Assembly: GCA_011682695.1 (NCBI GenBank) | Contig: JAACED010000005.1 | Coordinates: forward strand, 2,488-66,487 | Source: Gammaproteobacteria bacterium | GTDB taxonomy: Bacteria; Actinomycetota; Acidimicrobiia; Spongiisociales; UBA4744 | Length of the DNA: 64,000 bases | Direction of reading: 5' to 3' | Part shown: piece after piece, positions 57,861 to 64,000 of the stretch | Numbering within the stretch: the stretch's first letter is position 1 | Layout of the letters: each line of letters begins with the position of its first letter | Position numbers and translations under genes: made by a program | Notes under the pieces: model-generated | Seen by the model: only the letters and a program-made list of their open reading frames with translations | What the model was told of the DNA's origin: nothing | Databases searched by the model: none

Positions 57861-59507
57861 GTGCAGGAGGTGGAACCCACACAGTCACCGGAGGCGCCCT
57901 CGGGGGAGGGACAGCTCACCTCGCGCCTCGAGGAGGCGGAGCGGGCCGACCGGGCCAAATCGCGATTCCTCGCGGATGTCAGTCATGAGATTCGCACGCA
58001 ACTAGCCGGAATCATCGGGATGACTCAGCTCACGCTCGAGACAAAACTGACCCCGGAACAGCGTGAGTACCTCGGATTGTCGGCGTCATCCGCCAACGCC
58101 CTGCTGACTATCGTGAACGATCTGCTGGATCTGTCGAAGATCGAGGCGGGAAAACTCGAAATCGAGACGGAGCCATTCAGTCTGTCCGATCTTCTCAACG
58201 ACATCACGGCCCTCTCCGCGGCGCAAGCCGAAGACCAAGGTATCGGTTTCCAACTCGGGGTGGGTGCGGACGTTCCGGATGTGATCAAGGGAGATCCCGG
58301 ACGTATCCGCCAGATCCTGCTCAACCTGATCGGCAACGCGCTGAAGTTCACCCAGGATGGGGCCGTGTCGGTGTCGGTGGCAGCGGACGCCATCGCCGGC
58401 GCAGACCATGCTCTCCACGTGCAGGTAAGGGACAGCGGCCCCGGGATTCCTGCGGAACAGCTGAGTTCGATCTTCGAAGCGTATACGCAGGCCGACGGTG
58501 AGACGGCGATGCACGGCAACGGTACGGGCCTCGGGCTGGCGATCTGCCGCCAGCTCGTGGAACTCATGGGAGGCCGTATCTGGGCGGAAAGCAGCCTAGG
58601 ACAGGGCTCGTCGTTCCATGTGATCGTGCCGATCGGCGTGTATGAAGGTGCGGCGCGCATCAGCGAGGAGGGACACTCCGAGCTGGAGGATCTGCCGGTG
58701 CTGGTGATCGCCAAGAACAGATTCGTGCGTGAAGGGTACGTCGATGCGATCGGTGCCATCGGGCTCACACCGGTCGGTGTGGAGAATGCAACAGAGGCCG
58801 TCGGGGCACTCGGGACGGCGGCTGCGACGGATCATCCCTTCGCTCTGGCCGTCGTGGCCTTGAACGGTGACTCGCTCGAGTTCGCAGCCCAACTGCGACA
58901 GCGAGCGGATCTGGAACAGATGCACATCGTCGTCGTCACCTCGGTCGGCCAGCGCGGCGATGCCGTACGGTGTCGCGACTTGAACATCGCGGGCTACTTG
59001 ACGAGACCGTTGACCGACGACGTGGTGCAGGGAGCGATTCAGGCCGTATTGACCGGGCCATCCCCGGTCGACCTCTCGACGTTGGTCACCAAACACTGGC
59101 TTCGTGAGCGACGTCGTCATCTCAGCTTGTTGGTGGTCGACGACAGCCCGACACATCGCATGGTGGCCAAACGCATCCTCGAGCGTCGTGGTCATCATGT
59201 GGATGTCGTCGACTGCGGACTCGATGCACTCAAAGCCGTGGGTGAGCATCGCTTCGATGTGATCCTTCTGGATCTGTGGCTTCCCGACATCGGGGGTATG
59301 GAAGTTGCGGCCGAGATTCGCCGTGGCGAGTCCGCTCGAACGAGGGTCCCGATCATCGGCACGGCAGCCGAAGGTGTCGTGGACATGTCGAGCCGGGTAC
59401 TGCGGGCAGGGATGGATGCGTTCGTGGCCAAGCCGTTCCAGGTCGTTGAGCTGTTGCGGACGATCGAGTCTGCGGTGGAGGATGAGGCTCAGACTACGGC
59501 AAGCTGA
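57861..59507 (+). CDS. Soluble hybrid sensor histidine kinase (HisKA-HATPase_c, degenerate receiver-like middle region, C-terminal receiver)
   Basis: H-box SHEIRTQL, G-boxes. C-terminal LLVVDDSP...DVILLDLWLPDIGG receiver. No TM or sensor domain. Confidence 0.8.
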   Translation: MQEVEPTQSPEAPSGEGQLTSRLEEAERADRAKSRFLADVSHEIRTQLAGIIGMTQLTLETKLTPEQREYLGLSASSANALLTIVNDLLDLSKIEAGKLEIETEPFSLSDLLNDITALSAAQAEDQGIGFQLGVGADVPDVIKGDPGRIRQILLNLIGNALKFTQDGAVSVSVAADAIAGADHALHVQVRDSGPGIPAEQLSSIFEAYTQADGETAMHGNGTGLGLAICRQLVELMGGRIWAESSLGQGSSFHVIVPIGVYEGAARISEEGHSELEDLPVLVIAKNRFVREGYVDAIGAIGLTPVGVENATEAVGALGTAAATDHPFALAVVALNGDSLEFAAQLRQRADLEQMHIVVVTSVGQRGDAVRCRDLNIAGYLTRPLTDDVVQGAIQAVLTGPSPVDLSTLVTKHWLRERRRHLSLLVVDDSPTHRMVAKRILERRGHHVDVVDCGLDALKAVGEHRFDVILLDLWLPDIGGMEVAAEIRRGESARTRVPIIGTAAEGVVDMSSRVLRAGMDAFVAKPFQVVELLRTIESAVEDEAQTTAS

Positions 59508-59704
59508 CCACGATGAGTGCGATCAACTCGGCGGCGGGGCGCTCCTGCCTCCGCGGTGGCCGGCGGACTCGATAGGGCCGAATGGCCCTGGTCGCAACGG
59601 CCGGCATCTGATATTCAGTACCCACAGTTTGGCACCCCGAGAGGCAGCGGCGCGGAGACCGGATGCGCAATCCGATGCTTGGTCGGTCGGGGTGCCGCCT
59701 TGCG

Positions 59705-60355
59705 TCAGAAGCCGCGTTCGGCCGCACGGTCGAGGCACTCGACTACCTGCGCATCGGTCGTCTGACGAAAGTCCTCATACCACTGGCCGACCGCTCTGAA
59801 CCATCGTGGGATTTCGAGGCACACGACCTCGTCGACTTCTCCCCTGACGTCATGGACCGTTTCAAGTGCACCGACCGGTACCGCGAGCACGATTCGCCCT
59901 GCGTCGCGGGCCCGCAGCACCCTCGCCGCGGCCTTGGCGGTGATACCGGTTGCGAGGCCGTCGTCGATCAGTAGGACCGTCTTTCCCGCAACCGGGAGCG
60001 GCGGGTTGCCACGGCGGTACCGTGCTTCTCGCCGTTGGAGTTCCGCCCGTTCCGACGTTCTGACCTTGTCGAGCTCGGCTTCGGTGATGCCGAGCATGCC
60101 GATGAGATCCCGGTTGAGGACCTCGATGCCATCTTCGCCGATCGCACCGACGCCCAGCTCGGGCTGACCCGGCGCACCGAGTTTGCGGACAACGATGACA
60201 TCGAGCGGAGCTTCGAGTGCCGCCGACACTTCGGAGGCGACCACGACACCTCCTCTGGGGAGGCCGACGACCACCGTCTGGGGGCCGGCGAGGTTCATCA
60301 ATTGCTCTGCGAGGCGGCGGCCTGCGTCATTGCGATCTCGAAAGATCATGCTCAT
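59705..60355 (-). CDS. Phosphoribosyltransferase family protein (type I PRTase fold)
   Basis: VLLIDDGLATGIT PRPP-binding motif. Start chosen at MSMIFRDRNDAGRRL. Confidence 0.7.
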   Translation of the reverse strand: MSMIFRDRNDAGRRLAEQLMNLAGPQTVVVGLPRGGVVVASEVSAALEAPLDVIVVRKLGAPGQPELGVGAIGEDGIEVLNRDLIGMLGITEAELDKVRTSERAELQRREARYRRGNPPLPVAGKTVLLIDDGLATGITAKAAARVLRARDAGRIVLAVPVGALETVHDVRGEVDEVVCLEIPRWFRAVGQWYEDFRQTTDAQVVECLDRAAERGF

Positions 60356-60440
60356 AGCTTTCCCGCGTTCGAGGTGATGTGCAAGAACCATTTTGGCTCG
60401 TGAACCGTCTGTTAGCTTCCTCCCGAGAAGAAAGGGAACC

Positions 60441-61376
60441 ATGTGCGTGCTGGTCTGTGAGGGACTCCGTAAGTGCTTCGATGGCCTCACTGCCGTCGAC
60501 GGCGTGAGCTTTCAGGTCCCGCAGGGCGAAACCTACGGGCTGCTCGGTCCGAACGGTGCAGGAAAGACGACCACGATCTCGATGATTGCCGGGCTGCTCA
60601 CGGCCGATGCCGGGTCGGTGACCGTTGCCGGGCAACCGGTGACGACACGAAGCGTCAACGCAAGGGCCGCCATCGGACTGGTTCCGCAAGACGTCGCGGT
60701 CTATCCGGATCTCACCGCCAGGGAGAACATCCGTTTCTTTGGGAGGCTGTACGGGCTGGGGTCGTCGCGGCTCGCGGCCAGAACTGATGAAGTACTGGAG
60801 ATCATCGGCCTGGCGGACCGGGCCGACGACCGCGTCGAGCAGTACTCGGGAGGCATGAAACGGCGCCTGAACATCGGCATCGGCCTATTGCACGAGCCGC
60901 GACTCCTCATCCTCGATGAGCCCACCGTTGGCGTCGATCCACAGAGCCGCAATGCGATTCTCGAAAACGTCGAGCTTCTCGGCCGTGAGGGTATGGCGGT
61001 GATCTATACGACCCACTACATGGAGGAGGCGGAGCGCCTGTGCGATCGTGTGGGGATCATCGATGCAGGCAAGCTGGTCGCTGAAGGAACTCGACGTGAG
61101 CTGGTCGGCCTGATCGGTAGCAGCGATCGGGTTCGTTTGCGGGCCTCAGGGGATCTCGACGCCGCCATCGAACGGGTTCGTGGTATCGAAACGGTCCGGG
61201 GGGTGGGGCGTGTCGATGACGGCATCGAGATCATCGTCGAAGACGCGGGTGAGATCATCACCGAGGTCCTGTCGGTGGTGACCGGCGCGGGCGTGGCCGT
61301 GGCGACCGTCGAGTTCGACGAGCCGAACCTGGAAGACGTGTTCCTGCACCTCACCGGCAAGGCCTTGCGGGACTGA
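60441..61376 (+). CDS. ABC transporter ATP-binding protein (ABC-2 type exporter)
   Basis: Walker A GPNGAGKTT, signature YSGGMKRRL, Walker B LLILDEPT. Confidence 0.85.
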   Translation: MCVLVCEGLRKCFDGLTAVDGVSFQVPQGETYGLLGPNGAGKTTTISMIAGLLTADAGSVTVAGQPVTTRSVNARAAIGLVPQDVAVYPDLTARENIRFFGRLYGLGSSRLAARTDEVLEIIGLADRADDRVEQYSGGMKRRLNIGIGLLHEPRLLILDEPTVGVDPQSRNAILENVELLGREGMAVIYTTHYMEEAERLCDRVGIIDAGKLVAEGTRRELVGLIGSSDRVRLRASGDLDAAIERVRGIETVRGVGRVDDGIEIIVEDAGEIITEVLSVVTGAGVAVATVEFDEPNLEDVFLHLTGKALRD

Positions 61377-62572
61377 TGCGCGACGCATTGCTCATCGCGG
61401 GCAAGGACCTTCGGAGGCGCCTGCGCGACCGTTCCGCGTACATCGTCGGGATCATCGCTCCACTAGGACTCGCAGCCATTTTCAGCTTCGTATTCAACCC
61501 GATTGCATCGACGCACTTCACCGCGACATTCGGTGTCGTGGACCAGGACGGAGGGGAGATTGCCGCCGCATTCACCGACCGGATGCTCGCCGGCTTTGCT
61601 GCTGAGCAGGAGGGAATCACGATCGTGCCGGTCGAGTCCGTCGACGAAGCGCGCCGGCGCGTGGAAGCCGGCAGCGGCTCCCTCTCCGACTCTGAAAATG
61701 GCATCAGCGCCGCCTTCGTGATTCCTGCCGGATTCTCCGCTGCGGTGCAGCGTGGCGAAGCCGCAACGCTCGAGGTCATCGGCAGCCCGGCCTCATCGAC
61801 CAGCGCGGCGATCGCCGAGGCACTCGCGAGTCGTTTTGCAGACGAGGTGACCGCGGTCAACCTCGAAATGCGAACCTATCTGGCGTCCGGTGGATCGATC
61901 GGTCCGGATACGGTGGCCGAGGCGGTGGCATTCCCGGCTCCGGTCGTGGTCGGCAGCGTGTCGGTCCCCACCCGCCGGCTCGACAGCGCGACTTCGATGA
62001 CCGTGGGGATGGCGGCGATGTTTCTGTTCTACGTCACACAGTTGGGTGTCTTGGGGTTGTTGGAGGAGCGCCGTGATGGAACACTCGACCGTCTGCTGGT
62101 CGCTCCGATCCGGAAAGGCTCCATTCTCGGCGGCAAGGCGATCGCGTCGTACGTTCTCGGGTTATTGAGTATGACCGTCCTCGTTGTCGCCTCGACCTAC
62201 CTGCTTGGAGCGGACTGGGGGAACCCCGTCGGGGTGGCAATCCTCGTTCTCGCCGTGACCTTCTCGGCGGTCGGGATCATGGCCGTCGTGTCTGGCATCG
62301 CCAAGACCGACGAGCAGGCCAACACCTACACGGCGGTCGTCGCCATTGCTCTGGCCCTGCTCGGCGGGTCCTTCTTCCCGGTATCCCAGGTCGGAGGTTT
62401 CTTGACCGTCGCGAGTCGATTTACGCCACACGCGTGGTTCATCCAAGGGCTGGGTGACCTGGCCGCAGGGCACGTCACCGACGTGTTGCCGGCAGCGGGC
62501 ATCTTGGTGGGGTTCGGCGTGGTGTCGGGTGCACTCGCATGGGCAGTGTTGCGCAAGGTCGTGGATCGATGA
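61376..62572 (+). CDS. ABC-2 family transporter permease
   Basis: 6-TM ABC-2 permease with large extracytoplasmic loop. Start overlaps the upstream stop. Confidence 0.8.
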   Translation: MRDALLIAGKDLRRRLRDRSAYIVGIIAPLGLAAIFSFVFNPIASTHFTATFGVVDQDGGEIAAAFTDRMLAGFAAEQEGITIVPVESVDEARRRVEAGSGSLSDSENGISAAFVIPAGFSAAVQRGEAATLEVIGSPASSTSAAIAEALASRFADEVTAVNLEMRTYLASGGSIGPDTVAEAVAFPAPVVVGSVSVPTRRLDSATSMTVGMAAMFLFYVTQLGVLGLLEERRDGTLDRLLVAPIRKGSILGGKAIASYVLGLLSMTVLVVASTYLLGADWGNPVGVAILVLAVTFSAVGIMAVVSGIAKTDEQANTYTAVVAIALALLGGSFFPVSQVGGFLTVASRFTPHAWFIQGLGDLAAGHVTDVLPAAGILVGFGVVSGALAWAVLRKVVDR

Positions 62573-63735
62573 AAGCGTTGGTCATTGCCAGAATGAACGT
62601 GCTCCGCATGGTGCGGGACCGCAGCTCATTCTTCTTCGTCTTCGTTCTCCCGCTCCTGCTGATCCTGGTGCTCGGTGCCATGTTCGGTGGCAGCTTCTTG
62701 CCTCGTCTCGGAGTCGTCGGCGGCGATGACGGTCCACTGGCACGGTCGCTGGTCGCCGGCTTGGAGAGCCGGTCCACCATCCGGGTGCTGTCCTATCCGG
62801 ATCTCGATCGGCTCCTCCTGGCTGTGGAGCGGGGAGAGGTGGAAGCCGGCTTCGAGATACCGAAGGGCTACGACGAGCGGGCCAAGGACGGCGTTGAACT
62901 CGGTTTCGTGGCACGATCCCTTCAAGACGAGGCGGCACTGCGAACCGTGGTCGAGAGCGTCGTTGCCGATGAGAACAGGGTGTTGCGTGCCGCCGGGTTC
63001 GTCGAATCTCATGGCCTGGCGGACTTCGACGATGCGCTTCCCGTCGCGAAAGCGCTGCAGACGAGCCTGGGAGGCATCTCCGTCGTCACGTCGTCGGTGG
63101 GAGAGTCGGTTTCGTTCACTCAGGGTGGACGCTTCGACCTCGGTGCGCAGTCCCAGTTGATCCTGTTCATGTTCCTCACATCCCTGGCCGGCTCCGCCGC
63201 ACTGATTCAGTCGCGAACATGGGGTGTCAGTCGCCGAATGGTGGCGACCCCAACACCGATACGAACGATTGTGGCCGGGGAAGCCATGGGGAGGTTCGGG
63301 GTCGCCATGGTGCAGGGCCTGTTCATCGTTCTCGGCACGTGGGTGGTGTTCGGCGTCGATTGGGGAGACCCGCTGGGGACCGGCGCGGTGCTCGTCATGT
63401 TCTCACTCGTGGGCGCCGGTGCGGCGATGCTGGTGGGGTCGCTGTTTCGCAACGATGCGCAGGCCGGTGGAATCGGCGTGTTACTCGGGCTCGGGCTTGG
63501 GGCGCTGGGAGGATGCATGGTTCCCTTGCAGGTGTTCCAGATGTTCTCGCCGGGTCTATTCACGGTGGCCCACATCACCCCGCACGCGTGGGCCCTGGAG
63601 GCATTCATCGAGATGGTGCTGCGGGGCGGAGGGCTCGTCGATATCCTCCCTGAGCTGGCGATTCTCGGCGGATACGCCGTGGTGCTTCTCGCTCTGGCCT
63701 CTTGGGCACTGCACCGGTCGTTGACGCGACCGTGA
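62569..63735 (+). CDS. ABC-2 family transporter permease (second subunit)
   Basis: Paralog of the preceding permease. ATG overlaps the previous TGA (ATGA). Confidence 0.8.
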   Translation: MKALVIARMNVLRMVRDRSSFFFVFVLPLLLILVLGAMFGGSFLPRLGVVGGDDGPLARSLVAGLESRSTIRVLSYPDLDRLLLAVERGEVEAGFEIPKGYDERAKDGVELGFVARSLQDEAALRTVVESVVADENRVLRAAGFVESHGLADFDDALPVAKALQTSLGGISVVTSSVGESVSFTQGGRFDLGAQSQLILFMFLTSLAGSAALIQSRTWGVSRRMVATPTPIRTIVAGEAMGRFGVAMVQGLFIVLGTWVVFGVDWGDPLGTGAVLVMFSLVGAGAAMLVGSLFRNDAQAGGIGVLLGLGLGALGGCMVPLQVFQMFSPGLFTVAHITPHAWALEAFIEMVLRGGGLVDILPELAILGGYAVVLLALASWALHRSLTRP

Positions 63736-63766
63736 GCCGGAAGTGGCGCTGAAGTCCGCCGCTCGC

Positions 63767-64000
63767 TCAGCCGTCGACTACGTCCTCGTCGAGGACGATG
63801 TGCGCCAGGTTGGCCAACGACAGCGATCCGGTTCGGTAGTACGACGAGTGGGCGCTCCACACCGGCCTGGTACCGGTAGCGAATGTCCTGGCGCCGAACA
63901 TCGGGCTGTGCGGGTCGGCACCGAACACCAGATCCGTTGAACACGGAGGCAAAGGATCCATGCAGTCCGGGCGAGCCAGTCGGATCGGATCGAGCGGTGC
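63767..64000 (-). CDS. Partial CDS (C-terminal end; gene starts beyond the window end), product unknown
   Basis: The reading frame is open from the window edge to the stop at 63767 (...DLVFGADPHSPMFGARTF...VLDEDVVDG*). Confidence 0.3.
   Translation of the reverse strand, partial: APLDPIRLARPDCMDPLPPCSTDLVFGADPHSPMFGARTFATGTRPVWSAHSSYYRTGSLSLANLAHIVLDEDVVDG

Noticed and set aside
59705-60355. Stand-alone phosphoribosyltransferase as a defence or effector module
   Set aside because: Common ~215-aa actinobacterial PRTase-family protein. It is not fused or adjacent to defence-type domains.
1-64000. CRISPR arrays, rRNA genes, IS elements with terminal inverted repeats
   Set aside because: No evenly spaced direct repeats, rRNA-like segments or transposase ORFs were seen on manual reading. 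The only mobile signatures are the decayed integrase/tRNA remnant and the DUF222-HNH gene.

Overview
High-GC (~68%) chromosomal window, most consistent with an actinobacterial-type genome, densely packed with about 65 protein-coding genes on both strands. Most of it is ordinary core metabolism and housekeeping. This includes thiamine pyrophosphokinase, an S9 peptidase, MalQ, NfuA-like Fe-S assembly, endonuclease V, Lnt, a Sir2 deacylase, RNase HI, acyl-CoA dehydrogenase plus an APH-like kinase, and an AcoABC-like 2-oxoacid dehydrogenase E1alpha/E1beta/E2 set with a SorC regulator. There is also a complete glucitol/sorbitol-type PTS cluster: SorC regulator, GutM, SrlA, a split and permuted SrlE, SrlB, then a non-canonical oxidoreductase and an aldolase-like protein, HPr and Enzyme I. 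Further genes include a GAF histidine kinase, a soluble hybrid histidine kinase and an ABC-2 exporter. One tRNA (CAT anticodon, minus strand, 57677..57750) sits next to a decayed mobile remnant: an integrase 3' fragment overlapping the tRNA, a broken SAM-methyltransferase and a DUF222/HNH gene. The most interesting signal is at 15617..16279. A peroxiredoxin/redoxin-fold gene carries an in-frame TGA exactly where the first Cys of a W-C-P-Y-C redox motif is expected. This makes it a candidate selenocysteine (U-x-x-C) protein with a possible bSECIS hairpin 13 nt downstream. It is tightly coupled to an unusual Rieske[2Fe-2S]-ThDP-enzyme fusion. Other points: a coupled operon of class-III aminotransferase, kinase-like unknown and CapA-family lipoprotein with FG-GAP-like repeats; a large lipoprotein gene interrupted by an in-frame TAG plus a frameshift; and AT-rich palindromic operator candidates in front of both SorC-regulated operons. 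All coordinates come from manual reading plus the ORF track and may be off by a few nucleotides. No BLAST, HMM or RNA folding was run.
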